A DNA stretch of 64,000 nucleotides from the NCBI GenBank assembly GCA_949372645.1, contig CASIAP010000001.1:17802-81801 (forward strand), written 5' to 3'. This DNA comes from Candidatus Poseidoniaceae archaeon. Its GTDB lineage: Archaea > Thermoplasmatota > Poseidoniia > Poseidoniales > Poseidoniaceae. Positions 9,981 through 20,072 of the stretch are shown here, one piece after another; positions within the stretch are counted from its first letter, which is position 1; every line of letters begins with the position of its first letter. Both the position numbers and the translations under genes were made by a program. A model generated the notes under the pieces. The model did no database searches. It was not told where the DNA came from and worked only from the letters and a program-made list of their open reading frames with translations.

Positions 9981-10751
9981 TCACAAAATTGAGAACCGTT
10001 GTTCCTCTTCTTTCCAATTGAACGGCTTGTAACCAAGTCGATGGTTGGTATGTCGCATCTTGACAACGCCCATCTTTCGAGCGACATCATCACCCGATCG
10101 CTCCATGACCAAATGAATCACGCCATCTGCAAGATAGTCTTCAACACCGTATTCACCGAATTGTTTGTTATCTTCACCAGTCATCTCACAGATGAAGAAC
10201 GAGGTCAGTCCAAGACGTCGAACGGCTTCAAAGAGTCTGAAGATCTCATCTCGAGGGTTTTCCATCTTCGTGAGTGTGAAGAAAGCACCGAGTGAATCGA
10301 AAACAAGTAATTCAAAACCGATTGAATCCCGGTATGAAGTAAGTTGTTTGATGAGTTGACCCATCCAGTCGACCCGGCTACTCATGCCTTGTTCATCAAG
10401 TTGAACACGCAAATCGGAAAGATCGATAATCGCAATTCGGTTACTCACTCGCTTATCATCAATGTTCATTCCCATGTTCGACATGTGCGATCGAAGTGAA
10501 TCCTTTCCTTGTTCAAGTGTGACATATATCCCACTCGTTTCGCCATAAAGCACTGCATTGTATAGCATTGAAAAAGTAAGACTGGACTTCATTGCACCCG
10601 ATGCCCCAGCTACAATACAAATGTGTCCTTCTGGAATCCCACCTTGCATATTTTCGTCTAATCCTTCAATATGCGTTGGTATTCTTGTTACTCCACTCAT
10701 GCCGGCACCATGTTGGGGTATACGCTTTGATTCTTCAACCTCACCCTTCAT
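9981..10751 (-). CDS. KaiC/RAD55-like RecA-superfamily ATPase (single domain)
   Basis: IPTHIEGLD, Walker A variant GASGAMKS, YVTLEQ, LVFDSL, VEDYLADGVI, VKMRHT. Start may be 10700 (MSGVTR). Confidence 0.88.
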   Translation of the reverse strand: MKGEVEESKRIPQHGAGMSGVTRIPTHIEGLDENMQGGIPEGHICIVAGASGAMKSSLTFSMLYNAVLYGETSGIYVTLEQGKDSLRSHMSNMGMNIDDKRVSNRIAIIDLSDLRVQLDEQGMSSRVDWMGQLIKQLTSYRDSIGFELLVFDSLGAFFTLTKMENPRDEIFRLFEAVRRLGLTSFFICEMTGEDNKQFGEYGVEDYLADGVIHLVMERSGDDVARKMGVVKMRHTNHRLGYKPFNWKEEEQRFSIL

Positions 10752-10826
10752 TTCTTTGCAAGTTAAAACTCATGAAAGCAAAAAGGACAAGTCATTCGTT
10801 CTGTTGGAGTCGCATGAGGGTGACGA

Positions 10827-11396
10827 GTGAACGTTTGGCTAGCATCACAATCTCCTCGTAGAGCAGCAATGCTTTCTCCACTTTTCACAGATCTCAAATG
10901 TGAAGGTTTTACTGATGTTGATGAAACTCCAACGCCTGGTAGCGTTGCCGCTCAAGTGTTGTCTATTTGTCAAAAAAAGTCTGAAGCAGTGCCTGATGGG
11001 CATGGCTTTGACCTTGTCATCGTTTGCGATACCTTACTTGCCGATCCAGATGATATGGATTCAACACTTGGAAAACCGAATGATGCAGTTGAAGCAGCCA
11101 TGATGTTACATCGACTCTCGGGGAGGCGACATCAAGTTTGGTCTGCTACCGGAATTCTTCTGCACGGTTCGTGGAAATTTTACGTTGAACATGCGATTGT
11201 CGAATTTCAGGCACTTACCGATGAACAATTGGTTGAGTTGGTCTTGAGTGAATCTTGGAAAGGAAAAGCAGGTGGTTATGATTTGGCAGGGCCCATGGGT
11301 GACTATGCTCGTCTCATTGACGGTCACGAATCAACGGTACTTGGAATCGCAGGAGAGGCAATGGAACTTTTCCGCACGTTCTCACTCGGGCATTAA
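10827..11396 (+). CDS. maf: Maf family nucleoside triphosphate pyrophosphatase
   Basis: LASQSPRR, DVDET, LGKP, LSGRRHQV, GKAGGY motifs. Confidence 0.92.
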   Translation: MNVWLASQSPRRAAMLSPLFTDLKCEGFTDVDETPTPGSVAAQVLSICQKKSEAVPDGHGFDLVIVCDTLLADPDDMDSTLGKPNDAVEAAMMLHRLSGRRHQVWSATGILLHGSWKFYVEHAIVEFQALTDEQLVELVLSESWKGKAGGYDLAGPMGDYARLIDGHESTVLGIAGEAMELFRTFSLGH

Positions 11397-11987
11397 AGGG
11401 AGCAATCCCAATTCATGCCGTCCAACATCAACGATAACATCGATGCCTGGTAGTAATAGAAGTTTATCTTCTGCATCCAATGCAAATATCCCAACACCTG
11501 CTTCATTGCTCATCCGTTGAAGGTCTCTGCGGCAGACATTCTGATGAGTATCCATGTGTACCATTGGGCGTAAATCGACAATAATCGAGTCGCCATGAAG
11601 TACGCGCTTTGACATTTCCCGAGTAGGGATTCGATTCATTTCATCCGGCGAAACATACCTTAGGGCTCTTCTCGGGAGGGGGTTCTTCACTCTGACATGG
11701 GCGCCAAGGTCGTGAAACGCTTCACCTTCAGCAGTGAGTGGTCCTGACCAATTGTGTGGTAATGGTTTTATCGCGTGACGTGTCAATCTTTTTGTTTCAA
11801 GTTGAATTGTTTGCTCAGTAGGTGATTTTACATTGGCCTCTACAACATTCGGTTTGAACGTTTGTTGAGGTGAGAGCTTTGTTCCTGAAGCATTAGATAC
11901 AGCTGATTCAACTTTTCTTGTGCGTCTTTTCTCACCAGTGTGACCGTCAGGGTCAGGTAATCCAAAAAATTGCCACAAACTTCCCAT
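11382..11987 (-). CDS. sepF: Cell division protein SepF-like
   Basis: N-terminal amphipathic helix (MGSLWQFFG), disordered linker, C-terminal SepF-like domain (GDSIIVDL...LLLLPG). SD-like GGTGGA before ATG 11987. Confidence 0.7.
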   Translation of the reverse strand: MGSLWQFFGLPDPDGHTGEKRRTRKVESAVSNASGTKLSPQQTFKPNVVEANVKSPTEQTIQLETKRLTRHAIKPLPHNWSGPLTAEGEAFHDLGAHVRVKNPLPRRALRYVSPDEMNRIPTREMSKRVLHGDSIIVDLRPMVHMDTHQNVCRRDLQRMSNEAGVGIFALDAEDKLLLLPGIDVIVDVGRHELGLLPLMPE

Positions 11988-11998
11988 TTTTCCACCGT

Positions 11999-14900
11999 TC
12001 ACAAATCGAGGTCATCAAGGAAACCTGACATATCTGTACTTGCAGAGGCGCTTGGAGTATTGTTAGTTGTCGGCTGTGCTGGGCTCTGTTGACCCATTTG
12101 TGCAGCAAGATACTGTTCACCGTAATGTTGCCATTGTTCCATGGTCCATCCATCCGGTAGTCCCGAAGACGGGAGGGCTGGACCGGTATGAACAGCTACG
12201 GGTTGAACTGATTGCTGGACTGTAGGTTCTGCAAATGCGCTCATTGCCGCCAAAGTATCAGCTGGTGAAGTGGCAGGTGCAGGTGCAGGTTGAGCATAGG
12301 GGTCGGCAGCAGGTGCAGGTTGAGCATAGGGGTCGGCAGCAGGTGCAGGTTGTGCATACATATCGTGTTGCGGTTGAGCAGCGGGTTGTGCATACATATC
12401 GTGTTGCGGTTGAGCAGCAGGTTCATTCATTGCATATGAAGGCTGAGCAGCCATTGTCGGTTCAATCGATGGAATGTCTCCAAATGCAGAATATTTCTCA
12501 TCCTCATCTTTGCCCCTCCCTCGGGTAAGTAAGAGGAACCCTGCGAGAATTACGACGATACCGGCAAGACTGACAATGATAGCGGTTGGAACGGACCCAA
12601 TTGTCGCACTAATGCTTTCAAAAATCCCCTCAGCAGGTTTTTCTGCAACGGTAAGGGTGATACTCGTAGTCGAAAACTCTCCGTCATCATCCGTGGCAGT
12701 GAGTGTAACTTCCCATTGTCCCGGTTTAAGGTCAGTGAGCGTATATTTTGCTCCAGTGTAATCAATCTCTCCAGTGAAATCTCCATCGAGGTTACTGTCA
12801 ATCAGATCACTGTCCCAATCGTATTGCAAAGTGAGTTTGTCACCTATGGTTTCTCGCGAATCTAATCCTGAAAGCGTGATGTTATCACCTTCCATGAGTT
12901 CAAACACATTGCTTGAATTGGTGATGGCTGCAGCTGGTGCGAGGTTTTGAACACTGATATTGACTGAAGTCATCGCTTGTGCTCCGTCATCATCGGTGAC
13001 CGTGGCTGTAATTTGACGTATTCCTCGTGTAGACCAGGCAGTGGTCAATTCCATGCCTTGTGCTTCACAATCATTGACAAAGTTTCCATCATTGTTGCCG
13101 TCGACCAATACATCGGTATCCCAGCACACTTCCAAACTGTCAAGGTCTGATGCAGTATCTGAGACTTGAACGCTCAAAGTGAGTTCATCGTCTTCAAATA
13201 TTGGAATAGTGGACCCAAGTCCAGTTATTGTTGGTGCAACATTCATGATATTGACCAGGGCTGTTCGAACTTCTGAGCGCGCCCCATCGTTGTCATAGGC
13301 CGATACTTGAATGGTTTGAAGACCAGCATTCGGCCATGAAACTGTTGCTGTTGAAGAGGGACCTTTGGTCGTTTCTGTCCAATTCGGTTCTAAATCTGAA
13401 GGCTTCCATTCAATGTTGATATCATCGCGGTCTGACAGTGTATCGCCTCCCACAATCCGTAGTAGAGCAACTTGATCTTCATCCAATTCCCATACACCCA
13501 TTGAATCTACAGTCAAATTGGTTCCACCATACCAGAGTTCAGGATATGCCAAGGTTGGTGCAATATTCAAGACATTCAAACTTGTAGTGATGGTTGTTGT
13601 ATCTCCATCATCATCGGTTGCTAGGGCAGTAATGTCGAGAGGACCTTCTCCCATCGGTGTAAAGGTGCATGTAGGTTGAGTCAATCCTTCTTGACAATTA
13701 AGGCCAGGCCAAGTGATGCTGACCTGCTGACCAGGAGGCGAAATACTGTCGATGTCGCCACTGTCCGTAGCATCGAGAGTAATTTCCGATTCAACATCAA
13801 TACTCTCGACCATACTGAGATTCAGATAAGGTGCTCGATTGAGGACTGTGACGTTCATTTCGAGAATATCTTCATCGAGTTCTTCATCATATACGATGAC
13901 CTTGACCATCCACTCACCATCATCGCTCCAATTCCATTGCGTTATACAATTTGGTGCATCAAGAACTTCAATGAGTCCAGGTTTGGACTCAAGTTCAAAT
14001 CGGCAATCAACATCTCCACCATCTTCATCGAAACTCCCTGATGCGTTAAGAATCACATTCTCAAAGGTATATTTTCCTTCATCAAAAGTAAAGACTCCAG
14101 TTGGTGCACGACCGATGAAAATATCGATACTTGCTTCATTGTTGGTTCGATTCGCATCTTCAGTGACCAATTCATCAGGGTCGACGGTGAACGAAAGAGT
14201 CTGGTCGCCGATAGCTGCATTAGCAGGAACTGTCCAGTTGACCGTAATACGTTGTTCACTGTACGATGGAATAGAAGGAACCGATTCACGAATACTTACC
14301 CCATCTGGAGTTATCACTTCGATTTCTGTCGCTGGAGAAGCTAAGACTCCTCGGTTTTGTGCAGGGATGGAGAAGGAAAGCATATCGCCAGGTAATGCCC
14401 CGTATCCAATCGCTTGGTTCAAAATGACCTCATCAGTACCTCGATATCGTGTTACAATAATTGAATCGCTTTGAGCAACCAAATCAATTGCAACCACATT
14501 GAGGTCGATGACAACCGTTGCAGCGCCGATGATCTCTGTTAGAGGGTCCCAGACAATGATCCCATTACTCGAGTAATCATCGCTCGAAGGGGTATTGTCC
14601 ATTCCATTGGTGACATTGAGTGTATACTCAAGCATCCCTGAACCATCAGTCGTTGGACTGGCAAGAAGATTTGTTGACTCATATCGTACTTGCATGTTCT
14701 TATTGCCTTGAGGTTGGGCACCTGGTGAGGTTTCATAGATGACTGAAACAGTTTGCTCGGAATTCGGGAGCGTAGCCAAGAATTGCAGGTCTACGTCGAC
14801 GACAACATTTCGAGCGCCAGGATTTGAAGTGGCTTGAACGCCCCATGAATCAGCAGGTGAATATGATTTTAGTAACCAATCGATGGTGAATCCGGCAGCG

Positions 14901-15745
14901 TTCGAGATGCGTATCCATGAATTGAAACGGACAGCAGGGCAATACCAGTTGAATCCCGCTGAAACACCCGTCTCGTTCCACTCATTGATTTTGTATGAAT
15001 CATCGCAACCAGTGTAAGATACGGAATTACTGCTGTCACCTGGGACTCCATTGGCGGTGATCTGCCAACTGTTGTTTTCAGGCCCTTGTGTGTCGAATTC
15101 TGAAGGGTCAAAATAATCTGAACTCCCACTCACACCAGTCGATGAATAAAACGGCATATACCATTGGTCACCTGTGTGAATTGGGAAATCATTTCTTTCT
15201 TTGGGAGGTTCATACATGGTGTCAAAAGTGATTTCAGCAATGTCCTGTTCCAAGAACCCAAGATTGAACGGGCGGAATTTGACATCGAGTTTGAATTCTG
15301 AGTTTACTTGCGCTAAGTCACGAACACGAATCAAATCTTCGCCTTCATAGCCGATGTTAAGGCGGCCGGAAACCCCTTCTAAGGTTGCCCCACTGTTCCC
15401 TGAGGTGAAATCACCATCGATTTCAACTTTGTAAACGAGTGTCTGGGTACCATCGGTGGTGGTGAATAAAATATCGGTCACCTTGTAGGTTGTATCACCA
15501 GTTAGCGTGTTGAGTGATGCGGACACATTGGCTTGAGCAATCAATTGGGCGACATCGAATTTCGTCTCATAGACCCACTCATCTCCGATTCTCCATGTGG
15601 GGACATCTTTTTCGGTATCCCAACCTTCTGCTGATTGAACATTATGTTCTGAAAGAGTAAGTGTGTGATGAGAAATCATACCCGTTAACGGAGCAGCCAA
15701 CATTAACAAAATCAATCCTAAGACGACAGGTCGAAAGCGAATCAT
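11999..15745 (-). CDS. Large membrane-anchored surface protein with CARDB and PKD/Ig repeats (1248 aa)
   Basis: Signal peptide, DVPTWRIGDEW N-domain, CARDB (VDPDELVTEDANRTNN), repeated TATDDDG PKD motifs, C-terminal TM, Pro/Ala tail, GLPDGWTMEQWQHYG motif. Confidence 0.88.
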   Translation of the reverse strand: MIRFRPVVLGLILLMLAAPLTGMISHHTLTLSEHNVQSAEGWDTEKDVPTWRIGDEWVYETKFDVAQLIAQANVSASLNTLTGDTTYKVTDILFTTTDGTQTLVYKVEIDGDFTSGNSGATLEGVSGRLNIGYEGEDLIRVRDLAQVNSEFKLDVKFRPFNLGFLEQDIAEITFDTMYEPPKERNDFPIHTGDQWYMPFYSSTGVSGSSDYFDPSEFDTQGPENNSWQITANGVPGDSSNSVSYTGCDDSYKINEWNETGVSAGFNWYCPAVRFNSWIRISNAAGFTIDWLLKSYSPADSWGVQATSNPGARNVVVDVDLQFLATLPNSEQTVSVIYETSPGAQPQGNKNMQVRYESTNLLASPTTDGSGMLEYTLNVTNGMDNTPSSDDYSSNGIIVWDPLTEIIGAATVVIDLNVVAIDLVAQSDSIIVTRYRGTDEVILNQAIGYGALPGDMLSFSIPAQNRGVLASPATEIEVITPDGVSIRESVPSIPSYSEQRITVNWTVPANAAIGDQTLSFTVDPDELVTEDANRTNNEASIDIFIGRAPTGVFTFDEGKYTFENVILNASGSFDEDGGDVDCRFELESKPGLIEVLDAPNCITQWNWSDDGEWMVKVIVYDEELDEDILEMNVTVLNRAPYLNLSMVESIDVESEITLDATDSGDIDSISPPGQQVSITWPGLNCQEGLTQPTCTFTPMGEGPLDITALATDDDGDTTTITTSLNVLNIAPTLAYPELWYGGTNLTVDSMGVWELDEDQVALLRIVGGDTLSDRDDINIEWKPSDLEPNWTETTKGPSSTATVSWPNAGLQTIQVSAYDNDGARSEVRTALVNIMNVAPTITGLGSTIPIFEDDELTLSVQVSDTASDLDSLEVCWDTDVLVDGNNDGNFVNDCEAQGMELTTAWSTRGIRQITATVTDDDGAQAMTSVNISVQNLAPAAAITNSSNVFELMEGDNITLSGLDSRETIGDKLTLQYDWDSDLIDSNLDGDFTGEIDYTGAKYTLTDLKPGQWEVTLTATDDDGEFSTTSITLTVAEKPAEGIFESISATIGSVPTAIIVSLAGIVVILAGFLLLTRGRGKDEDEKYSAFGDIPSIEPTMAAQPSYAMNEPAAQPQHDMYAQPAAQPQHDMYAQPAPAADPYAQPAPAADPYAQPAPAPATSPADTLAAMSAFAEPTVQQSVQPVAVHTGPALPSSGLPDGWTMEQWQHYGEQYLAAQMGQQSPAQPTTNNTPSASASTDMSGFLDDLDL
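12273..12422. repeat. Coding tandem repeats (30-bp x2 and 36-bp x2) in the Pro/Ala-rich tail
   Basis: gcaggtgcaggttgagcataggggtcggca twice and ggttgtgcatacatatcgtgttgcggttgagcagc twice; they encode APAADPYAQP and AAQPQHDMYAQP. Confidence 0.85.
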
Positions 15746-15800
15746 ATAACTCCGAAAGCGTTCTCCTACTTGAATACTCGATTTACCCGTTCAAAAGCAA

Positions 15801-17681
15801 TCAAGGGTGTGAAGATTGAGCCTCGGTATATTGATGGCCATAATGTGACCATTGCTCCTGAGTCCAACCCTCGGGCAATCCTCCTTCTGGCAGAGGTAAG
15901 CCTTCAGATTCAATCACCGGTTCTACAGATGTTGCGATTGGTTCAGTATCCTCTTCAGGTTCTGAGAGTGTGGTTTCTTGAGGCACGTCAAAGGTGGTCG
16001 TGAACATTTGGTTGGAAGGAGGTGCCTTAGGGCGGCGTGATTGTGCTTCATCGACCAATGATTGTTTTTCAAATACCTGTTCTGACAGGTCTTCTCCTTC
16101 AAGTCCACCTTGTTGCCAAGCCTCATCATCCGGATTCGCTTTTTTCCGACGTGTAATTAATGCGAGAAGAATCAAGGTGAGCAACAAGAGTCCGATTTGT
16201 GCTAAAGGATTAGCTTCATCTCCAATCAACGCTGCACCGAATTCTTCGATTGTAGTTCGCTCAGGTGGAGCAACCTCGACGACCATCGTCGACTGGCCAG
16301 GTCGCTCAGGATTTTCATCCCATGCCATTGCTTTAACACGAACAGTTCCAGCCTTGAGGAACCGATGGATGACGGTTGAACCAACCAAATCAGCATCGTT
16401 GTCTTTAATTCCATCACCGTTGCTATCAACTGTGATATCTAAGTCCCACACAATGGTTAGCCCCTCCAAGTCATTCAGAGAGTCAATGGTTTGCTCTGCA
16501 CTCAGTACGCAGTCTCTGTATGCAATACAGTCGATGTTTTTCAAACGAACAATCGGTGGCATATTGAGTACTTCAATTACGAGTACTTCACTTGATTGTG
16601 CTCCATCATCATCGGTGACATGATAGATGATGGTGTGAGTACCACTTCGATTCCACGCATATTCGAGAATATCTCCTTTGATGTCACAATCATCATCGGC
16701 TCCACCAAGGTCATCACTGTCGATCCCTGGGTCGATATCCCAACATTTGACTAAGGATTCAATATCACTTTGGGTGTCAGTAGAATTCCCTTCAATGGTA
16801 ATACTTTGACCTTCAGCTATCGGTAAAAGAGAGACCAGCGGTTCGATAACAGGAGGGACATTTCGAATGTTAATCCATCGTTCTTCAACAAGACTTGCTT
16901 CACCATCTGAGTCGCTAACTTCCAAACGAATGGTATGAAGACCAGCGGTATCCCATTGCATTGGGAAGGTTGAGGTGCGTCCTGAAAAGGAATACATGAG
17001 GGAAGGCTGCTGGCCATCAGGCCACCAGGTATGCGTTAAGCCTTCGAGGTCATCAATCGAATCAAGAGCTTGACCCTTGACCACAATGCTTTCATCCTCA
17101 TCTAATTGCCAGATCTGTTGTTCATCACTTTGGATAAATTGATTGTTCTTCTGTAATGCGATGGACGCACTGTGTGGGGCGATATTGGTGAAACGAATGT
17201 CGAATGTAGCGGCAGTCGTTTCATAATCATCATCGGTGGCAACCGCAGTGAAGGTATGCCAACCTTCAGTCGGTGCAGTTGTTGTGCAAACTCGAGTATA
17301 GTAGCCTTCCTTGCACAAGGCATCTGGCCAATGAACATCGACAACACCAGGCCAAACCTCTTCAGAATCTGAATCATTAGCAAATGCATAGAGTGTGATT
17401 GGATGCTCAACCTTCGCTTCATTACGAGCGCTCATGATACCGATTTGTGGATGTCTGTTTCCAATTGATACCAACATGGTCGCCTTCTGTTCATCACGTT
17501 CTTCATCAATCACCGTTACTTCTACGGGGTAATTGCCATCATCCATCCATGTCCAATTGACTAAACAGGATGGAGAAGTAATCTTTTGCCACGCCCAGTT
17601 ACGTGAACCATCATCATACGGGATGTTAAAGAGGCAAGACACCTCACCACCATCGGCGTCAAAACTCTCCATCTGCAACAA
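15801..17681 (-). CDS. C-terminal part of a frameshifted paralogue of the PKD surface protein
   Basis: Colinear with the second half of 11999..15745 (SFDADGG vs SFDEDGG, PKD motifs, TM, GLPEGWTQEQWSHYG). Joins 17659..19392 after a +1 shift. Confidence 0.82.
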   Translation of the reverse strand: MLQMESFDADGGEVSCLFNIPYDDGSRNWAWQKITSPSCLVNWTWMDDGNYPVEVTVIDEERDEQKATMLVSIGNRHPQIGIMSARNEAKVEHPITLYAFANDSDSEEVWPGVVDVHWPDALCKEGYYTRVCTTTAPTEGWHTFTAVATDDDYETTAATFDIRFTNIAPHSASIALQKNNQFIQSDEQQIWQLDEDESIVVKGQALDSIDDLEGLTHTWWPDGQQPSLMYSFSGRTSTFPMQWDTAGLHTIRLEVSDSDGEASLVEERWINIRNVPPVIEPLVSLLPIAEGQSITIEGNSTDTQSDIESLVKCWDIDPGIDSDDLGGADDDCDIKGDILEYAWNRSGTHTIIYHVTDDDGAQSSEVLVIEVLNMPPIVRLKNIDCIAYRDCVLSAEQTIDSLNDLEGLTIVWDLDITVDSNGDGIKDNDADLVGSTVIHRFLKAGTVRVKAMAWDENPERPGQSTMVVEVAPPERTTIEEFGAALIGDEANPLAQIGLLLLTLILLALITRRKKANPDDEAWQQGGLEGEDLSEQVFEKQSLVDEAQSRRPKAPPSNQMFTTTFDVPQETTLSEPEEDTEPIATSVEPVIESEGLPLPEGGLPEGWTQEQWSHYGHQYTEAQSSHP

Positions 17682-19392
17682 GTTGAATTCTCTCGAGGGT
17701 CAGCGCTGAAGCATTATTGATTTGAGGCGTTGGAAGACGGCCAACGAACATCGAGAGTTCTGCATAATCGTTCGTTGAGTTGGCATCAGCCGAGTTGACT
17801 CCATCTGGATCTGCTTGCCATGATACGGGGACGATTCCAATTGCTTGGTCGCTTGGAACCGTCCAAGTGAAATTCACTTTGTGAGCTTCATAAGTGGCTA
17901 GAGATGGAAGAGGGTGTGTTGAGATTTGGCCATCGGGATGCGTAATCGTCATCGTTGTAGGAGTGCTTGAAGTAATTCCACGGTTTTGAACAGCCACTTC
18001 AATCAGCAATACATCACTCGGTAATATATTCCAACCCGATAAAGAATTGAGTTCGCTTACTACGCCACTTCGGTTACGCAATACCTTGGCAAATGAATCA
18101 CTTGAAATCAAATCGAGTCCGACTAAATATTCATCCAGTGTCAATGTAGTTGAACCAACAGCATTGCCAAATGATGACGAACTTGAAGGCTGAACTCTTG
18201 CCACAATCCCATGACTTGCCCAATCGAGTGCGGAACTGGAAGAGTCCCTTGCATCACCCATGTCGAGAACAGCATAGGCACTTCCGTTACTTGCAGTGGT
18301 CACCGATACAACTTGGTTCATCGCTTCATGACGGAGTTCCAAAGGAATACCAGTCGTGGTTGAGAAACAATTCGAAGATGCATTTACCCATACCGGCATT
18401 GGCGTATTGAGTGCAGTAAGGTCTGCATCTAAATCAACCACAAGACATTCATCACGAGTCCCAGGATTGCTGTATTGGTCGACACCAATCGAATCCATAG
18501 GAATGTATCTCTTGAGACGGAAGTCGATGACGAGTCCAATATCATCTTCTGTGTGGAGCCAAGCAAAGTTTCTCGCTTCTGGGCAATACCATTGATATCC
18601 GTTTTGGTCACCATCACTGTTGATGGATGTTAGTTCATACGAGGCATTACAACCTCCATATGCAATAGTTTCTCCATAACTGTTGCGAGGTTTACCAATG
18701 CTTGTCACCTCCCAAGTCGTACTGTTGGTGTCTGTGGTTGGAGGTGGGAATGGTGTGATGTAATCACTCGAACCTGACCAAGCAGAAGAAGCGGTTGTTG
18801 TTGTTGTCCATTGTTCATTGGCTCGAAGAGGAAAGTCGTAGACTTCTTTCACAGGACTGTAGGTATTTGTTATCGTGATGTCGCCAAGTACTTGTGCCAG
18901 ACTTGAGAGTCCAAATGGAACGAATCGAATGTATAATTCCAAGTCGCTGCGCATTGACGACAAATCGCTCACTCGAAGGTATTCTGTTTGTTCAAAGGTA
19001 ATGTAGACGTTGCCACTGTAACCGTCGAGCGAAACACCTGATTTGTCAAAGTTAGCAGATGTACGTAATGTATATGCAAGAACAGACATGTTGTCGACAG
19101 TACGTTCAGTTATGGCAATAACTTCGGCAGTCGTATCACCATCGATTTCACCAACCGTTGCTTGAACACCTGAATCAGTGACTAATTTCGTTGGGTCAAA
19201 TGTTCCAGAATAGATCCATTTGTCACCGATTTTCCACGTGGGCACGTCACTGACTCCTGGGTCCTGTGATGAAAATCGAACAGCAGGGGCATCTTCCAAG
19301 GGTGGAGAAAAAAGCATCGGTTGCATCGAAGCAAAACACAACAGCAAAACCAGCATCAAAGGAGATACAAGTCGTAACGAGGCTTTGCCCAT
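17659..19392 (-). CDS. N-terminal part of the frameshifted PKD/CARDB surface protein paralogue (full gene ~15801..19392)
   Basis: Signal peptide, DVPTWKIGDKW, WYCP, IDFRLK and CARDB segments match the first half of 11999..15745. Frame breaks at GAT GGA GAG TTT TGA. Confidence 0.82.
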   Translation of the reverse strand: MGKASLRLVSPLMLVLLLCFASMQPMLFSPPLEDAPAVRFSSQDPGVSDVPTWKIGDKWIYSGTFDPTKLVTDSGVQATVGEIDGDTTAEVIAITERTVDNMSVLAYTLRTSANFDKSGVSLDGYSGNVYITFEQTEYLRVSDLSSMRSDLELYIRFVPFGLSSLAQVLGDITITNTYSPVKEVYDFPLRANEQWTTTTTASSAWSGSSDYITPFPPPTTDTNSTTWEVTSIGKPRNSYGETIAYGGCNASYELTSINSDGDQNGYQWYCPEARNFAWLHTEDDIGLVIDFRLKRYIPMDSIGVDQYSNPGTRDECLVVDLDADLTALNTPMPVWVNASSNCFSTTTGIPLELRHEAMNQVVSVTTASNGSAYAVLDMGDARDSSSSALDWASHGIVARVQPSSSSSFGNAVGSTTLTLDEYLVGLDLISSDSFAKVLRNRSGVVSELNSLSGWNILPSDVLLIEVAVQNRGITSSTPTTMTITHPDGQISTHPLPSLATYEAHKVNFTWTVPSDQAIGIVPVSWQADPDGVNSADANSTNDYAELSMFVGRLPTPQINNASALTLERIQLVADGEF

Positions 19393-19447
19393 GGTTGGCC
19401 ACGTTCGGTATAGAACATCAAGACTTCTCTTGAAATCTGTTGTAGAT

Positions 19448-20062
19448 TCAAAGAAGGTCGGCTAATTCGTCCTTGATGATTTCAACAGCTTCCAAGATTT
19501 CGTCTTTGTGACGAGCCCCGGTAATCACCATCTTTCCGCTTCCGAAAATCAAACAAACAACCTTTGGATAATCAAGGCGATAAATCAAACCTGGGAATTG
19601 TTCTGGTTCGTATTCAACTTTGTCGAAAGGCAAGTGGAACGTCAAGTTGTTCAAATTGAGTTTACGAGGGACACCAGCTTGTGGTTCGTTGGTGAACTTG
19701 TCCTTCCCATCGTAATCTTCAGGATAGTGGAGAGCATAGGTAGCAACCATGTTTTGAACTTCAATTTCAACTTGGTCAAGATCCCAAGTTTCGATTCCAG
19801 CAGCACGAAGGTCATCGATCATTCGCTCAATACCAACTTTGATATTATCTTCATTCTTTCCACCGGTGCAAACAGCACGGCCAGAACGGAACATGAGAAT
19901 AGCAAGTTTAGGGTCGACAACACGGTAAACAACACCTGGGAATTGTTCAGGCTCGTATTCACAATTCAGCTGGATAGCAATATCCGGCAAATCTAGTTCT
20001 TCAGCGACTCGGGTGCTCGCAACGACGTTAACCACAGTTAGACGTTCTTCATCAGTTGTCAT
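19448..20062 (-). CDS. tbp: TATA-box binding protein
   Basis: Two TBP repeats (NVVAST...YEPEQFPG...FRSG; NMVAT...YEPEQFPG...IFGSGKMVITGA). Start MTTDEER at 20062. Confidence 0.97.
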   Translation of the reverse strand: MTTDEERLTVVNVVASTRVAEELDLPDIAIQLNCEYEPEQFPGVVYRVVDPKLAILMFRSGRAVCTGGKNEDNIKVGIERMIDDLRAAGIETWDLDQVEIEVQNMVATYALHYPEDYDGKDKFTNEPQAGVPRKLNLNNLTFHLPFDKVEYEPEQFPGLIYRLDYPKVVCLIFGSGKMVITGARHKDEILEAVEIIKDELADLL

Positions 20063-20072
20063 AGTTGGGCCA

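Noticed and set aside
9981-10751. KaiC-like gene as a circadian clock or an inactive ATPase (GAMKS)
   Set aside because: Single domain with no kaiA/kaiB. Such ATPases are widespread in archaea, and the Walker A Lys-Ser is retained.
12273-12422. 30/36-bp repeats considered as CRISPR or mobile element ends
   Set aside because: Lengths are multiples of three, there are no spacers, and they encode a Pro/Ala-rich tail.
13676-16623. Long antisense ORFs (e.g. 13839..14474, 15994..16623) and similar shadow ORFs elsewhere
   Set aside because: They are Ser-rich mirror frames of acidic proteins on the opposite strand and have no recognisable motifs.
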